40,703 nt of DNA from Candidatus Iainarchaeum sp. (GTDB lineage Archaea > Iainarchaeota > Iainarchaeia > Iainarchaeales > JAAZKV01): NCBI GenBank assembly GCA_018691995.1, contig JABHJM010000075.1, positions 1 through 40,703 on the forward strand. Direction: 5' to 3'. Below, one piece after another: positions 25,761-34,869 of the stretch; the first letter of the stretch is position 1, and each line of letters begins with the position of its first letter. Under the pieces are notes generated by a model, which saw only the letters and a program-made list of their open reading frames with translations, did not search any database and was not told where the DNA came from. A program made the position numbers and the translations under genes.

Positions 25761-26291
25761 ATGTTTGTTTTAAAAGAAAAATTTTTCTATTTATCAAAAA
25801 ATAATACAACAGATGAATATTTGCGCATTGCTGTTTATGCAACTCTATTATTTTTAATTCCAATATTTCTTGGACACCAATTAATTGTTGGGGTTGTTGT
25901 AAATGCACTACTTATAATGAGTGCTCTTGAACATTCAATTAAAAAAATGGCCATACTTTGTTTATTGCCTTCACTAGCAGTTGTTTCAACCGGATTTTTA
26001 TTTGGGACTCTTACTTCATTCTTATTGCTAATGTTACCTTTCATTTGGATTAGTAATTTTATTATTGCATTTATTAGTAAGAAATTGTTTATTTCCAAAG
26101 GAAAAAATTATTTCCTTTCAATAACTTTTGCTTCAATTGCAAAAACCATTTTTCTTTTTGTAAGTGTTACTATTTTATTTGTACTTGGACTAGTGCCTCT
26201 AATATTTTTAACAGCATTTGGAATATTACAATTAATAACTGCAGAAAGCGGAGCAATAATCGTTGGGTTTTTAAAACTAAGGAAACAGTGA
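25761..26291 (+). CDS. hypothetical polytopic membrane protein (176 aa)
   Basis: Five or six hydrophobic segments. No family assigned with confidence. Confidence 0.6.
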   Translation: MFVLKEKFFYLSKNNTTDEYLRIAVYATLLFLIPIFLGHQLIVGVVVNALLIMSALEHSIKKMAILCLLPSLAVVSTGFLFGTLTSFLLLMLPFIWISNFIIAFISKKLFISKGKNYFLSITFASIAKTIFLFVSVTILFVLGLVPLIFLTAFGILQLITAESGAIIVGFLKLRKQ

Positions 26292-26297
26292 TAGATA

Positions 26298-27038
26298 ATG
26301 ATTCTCGAATTAACATTTTTTCTCATAGTTACTGCATTAGTTTCTCTTGTTGGAGCAATAACAATTAGCATCAAAAGAGAAAAACTTAACAATTACCTTG
26401 ATTTGCTAGTTGCTCTTTCAGTTGGAGCACTATTTGGAGGGGCATTTTTACATTTAATTCCTGAGTTAGCTCACGAAGGGCATTTAGGCGAAGTCGCAAT
26501 TTATATCCTTGGAGGAATAATGCTATTCTTTGTTCTTGAAAAATTTGTTTTCTGGCACCATTGCCATAAAAGTGAACACACGCATTTGTGCTTTTCTTAT
26601 ATGAATCTAGTGGGAGATGGATTCCATAATTTTCTAGATGGAGTATTATTAGCAGCTGCTTTTCTCGTAAGTATTCCGCTTGGAGTTGTAACTGGAATTG
26701 CGATTATCTTACACGAATTACCACAAGAAGTTGGTGATTTTGGAGTTTTACTAGCTGGAGGATTTAGTAGAAAAAAAGCACTAGTAGCTAATCTATTAAT
26801 TTCTTTAACCGCATTTATCGGAGCAGGTGTCGCTTTACTTTTTAATACATTTATTGAAGGAGCTATTCCAATATTGGTTGCAATAACTGCAGGTGGATTT
26901 ATCTACATTGCAGGAACTGATCTTATTCCAGAATTACATAAAAATCCTGAGATGAAAAAATCTATTTTACAATTGATTTTCATCATAATTGGAATTGCTG
27001 CAATGTTTGCATTGTTGTTTTTAGAACATGCCCACTAA
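26298..27038 (+). CDS. ZIP-family divalent metal (zinc/iron) transporter
   Basis: Signature HELPQEVGDFGVL. His-rich loop HHCHKSEHTH. Multiple TM segments. Confidence 0.85.
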   Translation: MILELTFFLIVTALVSLVGAITISIKREKLNNYLDLLVALSVGALFGGAFLHLIPELAHEGHLGEVAIYILGGIMLFFVLEKFVFWHHCHKSEHTHLCFSYMNLVGDGFHNFLDGVLLAAAFLVSIPLGVVTGIAIILHELPQEVGDFGVLLAGGFSRKKALVANLLISLTAFIGAGVALLFNTFIEGAIPILVAITAGGFIYIAGTDLIPELHKNPEMKKSILQLIFIIIGIAAMFALLFLEHAH

Positions 27039-27655
27039 CTAGTCGGTTTTTCAAAAGTAATTCCATTTTTTTCATTATAATCTTTTACTTTTTTATGAAT
27101 TAGGTCCATTGTTTCTTTGCTTGGACGAAGATGTGCATTACTAAGAGCTTTTGCAAGTGTTGCGCTTTTCCCACCATAATTATGTCCCGGCCACACAGGA
27201 ATATCTTGTGGAAGTTCGAATAAAGATTGCAATGATTGTTCTAACTCTTCTTCATTACCACCATATGTTGTTGTGCCTACTCCACTAACAAACAAAGTGT
27301 CTCCAGTAAATAGATTCCCTTCAATTAGAAAGCAAACACTATCAAATGTGTGCCCTGGAGTAAAAATAACCTCTATTTTTAGCCCAATAACGCTAAATTT
27401 GCTCTGCTTTTGGAAGTCACTGAATACTTTTAATGGAACTTTCTTTTTAGCATAGTATTCAACATTTTCAATATGATCTGGATGTGCATGTGTAATAAGT
27501 TGTAACACTGGTTTTAACGAATGTTCTTTTAAGTAAGCATCAATAATTTGCTTTGAACCTGTTGGATCAATCAAAATACATTCTTTATTTTCATTAATTA
27601 TAACATATGTATAATTATTATCAAATCCGCCAACATTAAGTTGTTCTATTTTCAT
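27035..27655 (-). CDS. metallo-beta-lactamase-fold hydrolase (glyoxalase II-like)
   Basis: THAHPDH (HxHxDH) motif plus downstream His/Asp ligands (TPGHT, GDTLF, PGHNYG). Start at MKIEQL (27655); the track ORF begins 6 codons earlier. Confidence 0.8.
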   Translation of the reverse strand: MKIEQLNVGGFDNNYTYVIINENKECILIDPTGSKQIIDAYLKEHSLKPVLQLITHAHPDHIENVEYYAKKKVPLKVFSDFQKQSKFSVIGLKIEVIFTPGHTFDSVCFLIEGNLFTGDTLFVSGVGTTTYGGNEEELEQSLQSLFELPQDIPVWPGHNYGGKSATLAKALSNAHLRPSKETMDLIHKKVKDYNEKNGITFEKPTS

Positions 27656-27737
27656 TACAAAACTAGTGTACAAAAGAAATAAATACTTGTTTTCTACATA
27701 ACAATAGGTTTTTATTTAACAAAATTATAATAAAGTA

Positions 27738-28211
27738 ATGGGACTAAAAATAAAAATTATAATAATTGTAATAATACTAATAATTGGATTTATTGGAGGA
27801 TTATATTATGCTGGAGTATTTGACGAAGGTGGAATAGCAAAACTCATTATTGGTGGAGACGATGTTAGTACTAATTTTTTAAGTGAAGAAGAAAAGAAAG
27901 TAGCAGAAGAGTGTACTGATCCCGCTTGTTTATTTGAAAATTTTAATGATGAATGTGAAGTATCATATGGATTCATCCCAGTAGAAGAACAAGAAATGTT
28001 ACTATACATGGAAATCGCTGGTAAAAAAGAAGAGAAGTGTGTGATGAATATTAGATTAGAAGATGCAAACGGTCCAGCAGCTTTTGCAAAAGGACTTGAT
28101 GCAACTTGTCTTATTGCTCCAGAAGATGTTAATGGGATTGAAGAAAACTTTGACATGGACGCTATGAATTGTGAAGGGCCATTGTACGAAGCAGCAAAAC
28201 TTGCGCAATAA
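27738..28211 (+). CDS. membrane-anchored acidic Cys-containing protein (157 aa), function unknown
   Basis: N-terminal TM segment IKIIIIVIILIIGFIGGLYYAG followed by an acidic ectodomain with 6 Cys. Confidence 0.6.
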   Translation: MGLKIKIIIIVIILIIGFIGGLYYAGVFDEGGIAKLIIGGDDVSTNFLSEEEKKVAEECTDPACLFENFNDECEVSYGFIPVEEQEMLLYMEIAGKKEEKCVMNIRLEDANGPAAFAKGLDATCLIAPEDVNGIEENFDMDAMNCEGPLYEAAKLAQ

Positions 28212-28334
28212 CAAGAGATTTATAAATGCTTTTGATAAAATTTTCTTTATTGGTGAGCAAAAGCAAATCAAATTATTAGGGCTACCAAAGGTGCCCAATT
28301 TTAGTGTAGGTTTTGTCCAAAGACAAAAAGTACT

Positions 28335-28407
28335 GCCTCGATAGTCTAGTGGTTTAGGATTCACCCCTGTCACGGGTGAGACTCGGGTTCAAGTCCCGGT
28401 CGAGGCG
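28335..28407 (+). tRNA. tRNA-Asp(GUC): tRNA-Asp (anticodon GTC), canonical, no intron
   Basis: Hand-folded. Acceptor is GCCTCGA/TCGAGGC. D-loop AGTGGTTTA contains GG. Anticodon stem is CACCC/GGGTG with loop CTGTCAC. T-arm is TCGGG-TTCAAGT-CCCGG. Discriminator is G. Confidence 0.9.
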
Positions 28408-28536
28408 CTTTATTCTTTTAAAAAATTAGAGTTTAAATTAAAAAAAATAATCAAAGTTCAATTATTTTATCAAAGAATTGAACAACTGTTTCAATAAATT
28501 CTTCTTTTGAATGTTTCATTATTAGAAAAACATCGC

Positions 28537-28701
28537 TTATTGTGATGTTTTTGTTTTTTGAGAAAGAGTGTGAATAAATTTTTCAACCGCTTTTTCATTA
28601 TTATAAACTCCAAGAGTTGTTAGGGAATCAAAAATTACAACTGCAACAATTACTTCTAAAGTGAAAGCAAATCCTTTATTTGAAAACTTTAAGAATTGCA
28701 T
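28537..28701 (-). CDS. small class III signal-peptide (archaeal pilin-like) protein, 54 aa; below the ORF-track size cut-off
   Basis: My own translation is MQFLKFSNKGFAFTLEVIVAVVIFDSLTTLGVYNNEKAVEKFIHTLSQKTKTSQ*. The KG-hydrophobic motif matches the three upstream pilin-like genes. It overlaps the previous gene end by 26 nt. Confidence 0.45.
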   Translation of the reverse strand: MQFLKFSNKGFAFTLEVIVAVVIFDSLTTLGVYNNEKAVEKFIHTLSQKTKTSQ

Positions 28702-29158
28702 TTGCTTCACCCCCATAATAAATTACTCTTTCAATTACAATTATTTCTTTATCACTTGGAACATTTACCCCAAAAGAAAAATCTTTTGAATCATCTACTG
28801 AATTAATTGATAAATTAAAATCATATTTATTTAATGCAAGTGCTTCTTTTGCATTATTATAATCTAGTTGTAAAAATTGGATTACTTTTTCTTCATCAAT
28901 AATGTTTGCTCTTTGTGCAAGACCAATTATTTCAACATTGTTAACATCCCAATCAATCGGGTAACCATTTGTTTTTAGAATTGAATCAAATGCTTGCCCA
29001 GAATAAATTCTCATTTCACTATAAGTAAAATCATCTATTGCTACAGCAAGATTACTCATTGGCAATTGTCTTAGAACAACAAACATCAATAAAAAAATTA
29101 TTAATGCAATTAAAACATCGTAACTTGAAACTTGTCCTTTGGAAAATATTTTTTTCAT
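28676..29158 (-). CDS. archaeal type IV pilin-like protein (class III signal peptide)
   Basis: N-terminus MKKIFSKGQVSSYDVLIALIIFLLMFVV, with a KGQ cleavage-type motif followed by a hydrophobic helix. Confidence 0.7.
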   Translation of the reverse strand: MKKIFSKGQVSSYDVLIALIIFLLMFVVLRQLPMSNLAVAIDDFTYSEMRIYSGQAFDSILKTNGYPIDWDVNNVEIIGLAQRANIIDEEKVIQFLQLDYNNAKEALALNKYDFNLSINSVDDSKDFSFGVNVPSDKEIIVIERVIYYGGEANAILKVFK

Positions 29159-29544
29159 TGGAAAAACCTCACAACCCCATTGTTATCAATTACAACTTCG
29201 CCAACAACAAGATTTACATCATTTGTTTTAGCAATAAAATAACAAAATTGTTCATTCACTTTCACAATTTTTTCTGATGCAAAAACACTTGTGTTATAAT
29301 CTAAATAATATGTTGCATGTACTCCTTTTCCTTCGGTGTACACTTGACTTATTAAATGTGAAAATTTTAAACAAGAATTTTTTTCCAAAAAAGTTACTTC
29401 TGCAATCTCTGAAGTAGAATTAATTAAACTTGCTTGAACCAATACTATTCCAAAAAAAACGAGCACTATAAAAATTGCAATAAGTGTTTCCACTGAAACT
29501 TGGCCAGAATTTTTTCTAAATTCAAATAATAAAAACATTAACAT
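29155..29544 (-). CDS. archaeal type IV pilin-like protein (class III signal peptide)
   Basis: N-terminus ..RKNSGQVSVETLIAIFIVLVFFGIVL. Overlaps the downstream gene by 4 nt. Confidence 0.65.
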   Translation of the reverse strand: MLMFLLFEFRKNSGQVSVETLIAIFIVLVFFGIVLVQASLINSTSEIAEVTFLEKNSCLKFSHLISQVYTEGKGVHATYYLDYNTSVFASEKIVKVNEQFCYFIAKTNDVNLVVGEVVIDNNGVVRFFQ

Positions 29545-29923
29545 CCCCGTTAATATTTTTTACAAGCACTTTATGAGTACCAATAACAATAGGAATGTTT
29601 CCAAAAACATTTGTATCCACAAAAACAGTACTCTTACTATCAACTCCAAAAGAATTTATGTGGGTTACTATTTGAGTATTATTAAATTCAATGCTAGTGA
29701 CATTTGATGGAATTACAAAATCAACTGCAATACTATTTCCATTCCCTAAATAATAAACATTGTTTATTGTATCTGCAAGACTTTTTGTAGATGATTTGAA
29801 TTGACTAGATGAAATTGTTTCATTATAAACCATAAATGCATACCCTGAAAGAAATGCAACCAAAGTTAACAACACTCCAATTAATACCATGTATTCAATT
29901 GCAACTTGGCCTCGTTTATTCAT
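29522..29923 (-). CDS. archaeal type IV pilin-like protein (class III signal peptide)
   Basis: N-terminus MNKRGQVAIEYMVLIGVLLTLVAFL, the classic RGQ-hydrophobic pilin/archaellin-type leader. Confidence 0.75.
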   Translation of the reverse strand: MNKRGQVAIEYMVLIGVLLTLVAFLSGYAFMVYNETISSSQFKSSTKSLADTINNVYYLGNGNSIAVDFVIPSNVTSIEFNNTQIVTHINSFGVDSKSTVFVDTNVFGNIPIVIGTHKVLVKNINGDVNVFII

Positions 29924-29989
29924 GCATTTAGTAATGATTTCAAATATTTAATTCTATGTAAATTAATCTTTAGACCTTCTTTTTAGGAA

Positions 29990-30217
29990 TTATTCATTAA
30001 TTAGTTTATGTCTGTGTTGTTCTGATTCAATAGCTTTTATTTTTCTGTGTAAAATACCAAGATCATGAGTTAATTGTTTTATATCAATATTAATATCATG
30101 TTCATATTCTTCATCACAAAGTTTGAGTTTTTTTCTTCGTTCGTAGTTTTTTTCAAGATTATCTTTTTGTCTTTTTAACCTGTCATATTCAAGTTTTAAC
30201 TCACTAAGTTCTTCCAT
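29990..30217 (-). CDS. small coiled-coil protein (75 aa)
   Basis: Start at MEELSELKLEY (ATG complement 30215-30217). The longer track ORF would overlap the divergent gene at 30270. Confidence 0.45.
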   Translation of the reverse strand: MEELSELKLEYDRLKRQKDNLEKNYERRKKLKLCDEEYEHDINIDIKQLTHDLGILHRKIKAIESEQHRHKLINE

Positions 30218-30269
30218 GATAAAGTAAGAATTAGAACTTCTTAAAAATAGAAAGCCTTCCAATCTTACT

Positions 30270-31145
30270 ATGAAACAAACATATTTTCCATTTGAATTTG
30301 TTAGTAAGTACAAAAACTACTGTGGAAAGGAGTGGGGTGACTTTTTTAGTGCAATTAAGGTCAAACAACCCAAATCCTTTTGGATTAATGCAAAAAAATC
30401 TAATCCTAGTGAAATAGAGTCTTTCCTTAAGACAAAGAGTATTCCCTTCAAGAAATATCCTTTTTCCGAGTATGCTTATTTTATTGATTATAAAAGGCCA
30501 GGAGATTTAGTTATTTTTAAAAAAGGAAAGATTAGCATGCAAGCAAAAGCTGCAATGCTTCCTGTTTTAGCACTTAATCCAACTAAAAAAGATTATGTGT
30601 TGGATGCTTGTGCAGCCCCAGGAATGAAAACAATACAACTAAGCAATATGGCAAAAGAAGTTGTGGCGGTCGATGTTAATTCAACAAGAATAAAGAGTTT
30701 GCTACATAACAAGTTTGCTTATGATTTAAAAAATGTTGAAATAAGACGAAACGATGTTCGAAATATAAAAGAAAAATTTGATAAAATAATGCTTGATGCT
30801 CCATGTTCAAGTGAGGGCTTGGTCCGTAAACGTAAAGAAGCTCTTAAAGATTGGAATAAACAATTAGTTCAACGTAAAGCCAAAGCACAAAAAGATTTAA
30901 TTTTATCTTGTTTTGATATGTTAAAACCAAATGGAGAAATGATTTATTCAACTTGTTCATTTGCACAAGAGGAAAATGAAGATATTATAAATTTTTTACT
31001 TGAAAAAAGAGATGCAAAAATATTACCAATACAATTTGAAGGAATCAAAATTCGAGAAAATAGACAATGTCCGGGGTGTGTTCGACTTTGGCCACAAGAC
31101 AATGATACCCAACAATTTTTTATTGCAAAAATAAGAAAACTCTAA
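30270..31145 (+). CDS. NOL1/NOP2/Sun-family RNA cytosine-C5 methyltransferase
   Basis: SAM-binding DACAAPGMKT, and catalytic Cys motifs DAPCSSEG and YSTCSF. Confidence 0.85.
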   Translation: MKQTYFPFEFVSKYKNYCGKEWGDFFSAIKVKQPKSFWINAKKSNPSEIESFLKTKSIPFKKYPFSEYAYFIDYKRPGDLVIFKKGKISMQAKAAMLPVLALNPTKKDYVLDACAAPGMKTIQLSNMAKEVVAVDVNSTRIKSLLHNKFAYDLKNVEIRRNDVRNIKEKFDKIMLDAPCSSEGLVRKRKEALKDWNKQLVQRKAKAQKDLILSCFDMLKPNGEMIYSTCSFAQEENEDIINFLLEKRDAKILPIQFEGIKIRENRQCPGCVRLWPQDNDTQQFFIAKIRKL

Positions 31146-31210
31146 TTTAGTTAGTATTTGACCTAACTAAAAAACAACATATTTATATATGATGAATCTA
31201 ATGTATTTTC

Positions 31211-33454
31211 ATGGAAAGAAAGAACTTTTTAGTATTATTTATCATTTTAATTTTTAGTATTTCATTTGTAATGGCAGTTGATTCTAATAACGATACAAAC
31301 TCAGGAAACACAGTTTGTACTACTCAGTACGATCCTGTTTGTGGACAAATAGTGGATTGTCCAACAACCCCGTGTATTACTAATGTATCAGGAGACACAA
31401 TTTGTGCATCATGTCTTGCCACACAACAAACATTTAGTAATTTATGTGAACTTAATGCTGCAGGAGCAACTTATTTAGATGATGGAGTTTGTGAAGATAC
31501 AACAACTTGCCCAGCAATAGCAATTCCAATGTGTGCACCAGGAACTACCATGGTAACAACAGTAGATTCAGATGGTTGCGTTGAGTATGATTGTGAAGAA
31601 ATAGCTTGTACTGACGATGCAAAAATTTGTCCAGATGGAAGTGCTGTTGGACGCGATCCAAATAATAATTGTGAATTTAAACCATGCCCAATAGGCGCAT
31701 GTACAATGCAATATGATCCTGTTTGTGCTGAAGTAACTACTTGTACTACGGGCGACTGTACTACAACAAGTCCAACAAATAGCGACCCAAATACAGGAAT
31801 AAGTTCAACTTGTGTTGGAGGGGTTTGCTTCACTACACAAAAAACTTATGGAAATGCCTGTCAAGCAAAGGCAGATGGAGCAAAAATTATTTACCGTGGA
31901 GAATGTGATAATGCTAGTTTAATTACTGAAAGTGTAAAATGTGTATTTGATGATTCAACAACTAATCAACAATGTTACTTAGCAAGAGAAAACAACATTG
32001 GGTGTAGCGTAACTGCAAACGAAGAAGCGTGTGTTGTTGATGTGAAAAAAGAAATGGGAAAAATTTTAACATGGAAAAGTACTTGCGGAGGATACGCACA
32101 AACTGTAATGGATGGAATAAATGAACATGTTAAATTTGATTGTACTAATAATGGCGGAGCTGTAAAAGAAACTGTAAAATGTGTTCTTGAGGGAGCAAAA
32201 GGTGGAGAAGAATGTTATTCAAACAAAGGAAAATGTAAAGTTAATGTTTATCACAACCCAACAACAAACAGTAATACTGGCGCAAACCCCAATCCTTCAA
32301 TTAGAAATAGTTATGGGACATGCACGGTTGATGTACGTGGAAATAAAGGAGAAACAGTTACTTGGAAGAGTGATTGTGGAGGATATGCTTATACTATAAT
32401 GGACGGGGACAACGAGTATGCTAAATTTAGATGTAATGGTATAAACCCCCCTGTAGAAGAATTATATCGAAAAGCTAAGTGGACTTGTACTAATGAAATG
32501 GAATTTGAAAAAGAAGATAATTGTCAACCATATTCATTTTGGAAAAAACTTGCAATTAGAACATGTAATCAATACTCTTCAACCTGTGTTAGCCCAATTT
32601 CTTCAACAACAGGAACTGTTGTATCAGTAGTAAATAGTACTTCTGATGGAAATAGCGAAACAGTAACAATAGATGATTCAAATACAGCAGTGGAAGAATG
32701 TATTGGAGATTTAATAACTGTTGAAGATTTTGAAGTTAGTGATAAGTGTGAAAGAACTTGTACTCGCGAAAAAGATTCACAAGGATGTATTGTAACAAAT
32801 TGTGGAGAAGGCCCAAGTATAATTGATTGCCCAGCTCAAAGTTGTAGAATTCAACCAATTGAAGAAATAAGAAAAATTAAAAATGAGTGTTATAATAAAA
32901 ATGGAAAAGTTATTGTTGAAATAAATGAAGGAAATGGATGTAGTCATTACAATTGTGTTTCAATTAATAATAGTAAAGCATGCATAACTGATGCAAACAT
33001 TTCAATTGAAAGAAAACTTAAATGCGAAGATAAAAATGGAGAATTTATAGTTAACACTAATGCGACAGGTTGCATTGATTTCATGAAATGTGTTGGTGGA
33101 GTAGATGATGATAGCAATAAAGTAATTAGCGAAAAAATAATTAACGATAGTACAAAATTACTAGAACTTGCATTAAAACTTGAAAACTTAAAAATTGAAT
33201 TAGAAAAAATTCAAAAGAAAATTGACGCAGTAGCCACTTTCCACACTAGTAATGGAGATACAAATTCTGCAACAAACTTTGAAAATGCTTCTGCACTAAT
33301 TGATGAAGCAATCCAAAAAATTGATGAATTAAAAACTTTCATAAAAGATAATGTTGATGACTTTACAAAAGAAGACGGACAATATGTACGAGGAGTCATT
33401 GGCGAAATTAGAGGAGAGCTAATGAAAGAAATTTTGTTAGCAATACTTGGGTGA
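31211..33454 (+). CDS. secreted Cys-rich modular protein (747 aa) with two Kazal-like modules, two duplicated beta-rich modules and a C-terminal coiled-coil
   Basis: Signal peptide present. CTTQYDPVCG..TFSNLCELNAAGATYLDDGVC and CTMQYDPVCA..KTYGNACQAKADGAKIIYRGEC resemble Kazal cores. There is an internal duplication: VKCVFDD..TWKSTCGGYAQTVMDGINEHVKFDC and VKCVLEG..TWKSDCGGYAYTIMDGDNEYAKFRC. Confidence 0.75.
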   Translation: MERKNFLVLFIILIFSISFVMAVDSNNDTNSGNTVCTTQYDPVCGQIVDCPTTPCITNVSGDTICASCLATQQTFSNLCELNAAGATYLDDGVCEDTTTCPAIAIPMCAPGTTMVTTVDSDGCVEYDCEEIACTDDAKICPDGSAVGRDPNNNCEFKPCPIGACTMQYDPVCAEVTTCTTGDCTTTSPTNSDPNTGISSTCVGGVCFTTQKTYGNACQAKADGAKIIYRGECDNASLITESVKCVFDDSTTNQQCYLARENNIGCSVTANEEACVVDVKKEMGKILTWKSTCGGYAQTVMDGINEHVKFDCTNNGGAVKETVKCVLEGAKGGEECYSNKGKCKVNVYHNPTTNSNTGANPNPSIRNSYGTCTVDVRGNKGETVTWKSDCGGYAYTIMDGDNEYAKFRCNGINPPVEELYRKAKWTCTNEMEFEKEDNCQPYSFWKKLAIRTCNQYSSTCVSPISSTTGTVVSVVNSTSDGNSETVTIDDSNTAVEECIGDLITVEDFEVSDKCERTCTREKDSQGCIVTNCGEGPSIIDCPAQSCRIQPIEEIRKIKNECYNKNGKVIVEINEGNGCSHYNCVSINNSKACITDANISIERKLKCEDKNGEFIVNTNATGCIDFMKCVGGVDDDSNKVISEKIINDSTKLLELALKLENLKIELEKIQKKIDAVATFHTSNGDTNSATNFENASALIDEAIQKIDELKTFIKDNVDDFTKEDGQYVRGVIGEIRGELMKEILLAILG

Positions 33455-33458
33455 TTAA

Positions 33459-33671
33459 ATGAAAAAAATAATAGCAATTTTAATTTTAATATCAGTAGTT
33501 GTTTTAGTAATTGGATGCACTGCGCCAGAAGATACTAACACTCCCACTGATGAAAACTTTACAGTTAACACTGCTGCAGAAGCAAATGACGCAGTTGGTG
33601 ATATTGGAACTGATTTGAGCGGAATCACTGATTCTTTAAGTGAAATTGATGCTACTTTAACTGAAAGTTAG
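33459..33671 (+). CDS. small acidic lipoprotein (70 aa)
   Basis: MKKIIAILILISVVVLVIGC lipobox. Starts 4 nt after the previous stop. Confidence 0.6.
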   Translation: MKKIIAILILISVVVLVIGCTAPEDTNTPTDENFTVNTAAEANDAVGDIGTDLSGITDSLSEIDATLTES

Positions 33672-33723
33672 GGAATAATTTCTGCGCATTAAAATTTTTA
33701 ACAAAAAATTGAGAAAGACGAAA

Positions 33724-34845
33724 TTATGGAATAATTTCTGCGCAATTATATTTTAAAAATTCTAAATCTTTTTTTGAAATAATTTCTTCATCAATTAGTT
33801 TTTGTAGTTGTGGAGTTATTCTTCCCATTTCTCGAAGTAAGTGTTTTATTGTTTCACAAATTTCATTAATTCCTTTTTTTGGCCAACAAGGATACATATT
33901 TGAATAAAGACATCTCCCACCACAAAGAGAATAATCACTACATTCTGTACAAGGCGAACCTATTGCAAGTTCATGTGGCAAAGATTGCGGAGCAGTACTT
34001 TTTATATTTCCTAAAAATTTATCTTCTATTCCTTGCATTATTGGACAAGATACCAATACCCCGTTTGTTTGTACGGTAAAATTTCCAATCCCTGAACCAC
34101 ACCTAATTGAATAGTTCGTTTTAAACAAAAGTGTGTTTAAAACTCCAATGAATGGATATAATCGAAGTAATTTGCCTTTTTTTGCTTCTTTTAGGAACAA
34201 ATCGGCTAATTTTGACACGTCAGAATCGTATTTTTTACTCCAAATTTCAAAGTTTCTTTTCTCATAATCATGCCACATATTTGCATCTAACTGCCAATGA
34301 ATGCTTGTGAATGAAAAATCTTCATTATCAAGAAGATATGTAATGTCTTTGTAAAAGTCTGTTGGTTCTTCAATTGTCATTCTTGCAATTATCTCCCCAC
34401 CAAATCCATTTTTCTTTATTTCTTTTAAATTATTAATTACTTTTTCATACGTTCCTTCACCACGATTTTTATTTGTAGTTTCTTTATTACCATCAATTGA
34501 AATTAAAATTGTGTGAAACTTATTTACATATTTTTTATCAAGTTTATCAAAGAGTGTTCCATTTGTTTGAATTAAAAAATTATCAACTACTTGTTCTATT
34601 TCTTTTGAATCCATTATTTCTTTTATGAATGGAATATTTAGAAGTGGTTCTCCACCATAAAAAATAATACTAACTGGTTTGTCATTATCTTTTGCTAAAA
34701 ACTTTGCTAAATCATTTGCAGAATAAGTTGGGTTCGGTGGAGTTGAAGTGAATTTTATTTCACTTTCTGGTTCGTCAAAACTTTTACCTCCACAATACTC
34801 ACAACAAAGATTGCAATCAGGGTGTGTTACAACATGATAAATCAT
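33724..34845 (-). CDS. radical SAM / SPASM-domain protein (peptide- or protein-modifying maturase-like)
   Basis: CNLCCEYC (CxxxCxxC) near the N-terminus. C-terminal Cys cluster CGSG..SCP..CTECSDYSLCGGRC is typical of SPASM/twitch domains. Confidence 0.8.
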   Translation of the reverse strand: MIYHVVTHPDCNLCCEYCGGKSFDEPESEIKFTSTPPNPTYSANDLAKFLAKDNDKPVSIIFYGGEPLLNIPFIKEIMDSKEIEQVVDNFLIQTNGTLFDKLDKKYVNKFHTILISIDGNKETTNKNRGEGTYEKVINNLKEIKKNGFGGEIIARMTIEEPTDFYKDITYLLDNEDFSFTSIHWQLDANMWHDYEKRNFEIWSKKYDSDVSKLADLFLKEAKKGKLLRLYPFIGVLNTLLFKTNYSIRCGSGIGNFTVQTNGVLVSCPIMQGIEDKFLGNIKSTAPQSLPHELAIGSPCTECSDYSLCGGRCLYSNMYPCWPKKGINEICETIKHLLREMGRITPQLQKLIDEEIISKKDLEFLKYNCAEIIP

Positions 34846-34869
34846 ATTTGAATTTTTTATTAGTTAGGT

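Noticed and set aside
28056-28373. Minus-strand ORF overlapping tRNA-Asp
   Set aside because: It runs through the tRNA gene and through the 3' end of a convergent + strand CDS. It shows no coding-like features.
33724-34845. Radical SAM/SPASM gene as a HydE/HydG-type maturase for the neighbouring hydrogenase-like gene
   Set aside because: Its C-terminal SPASM-type Cys cluster and overall layout resemble peptide or sulfatase maturases rather than HydE or HydG. Adjacency alone is not evidence.
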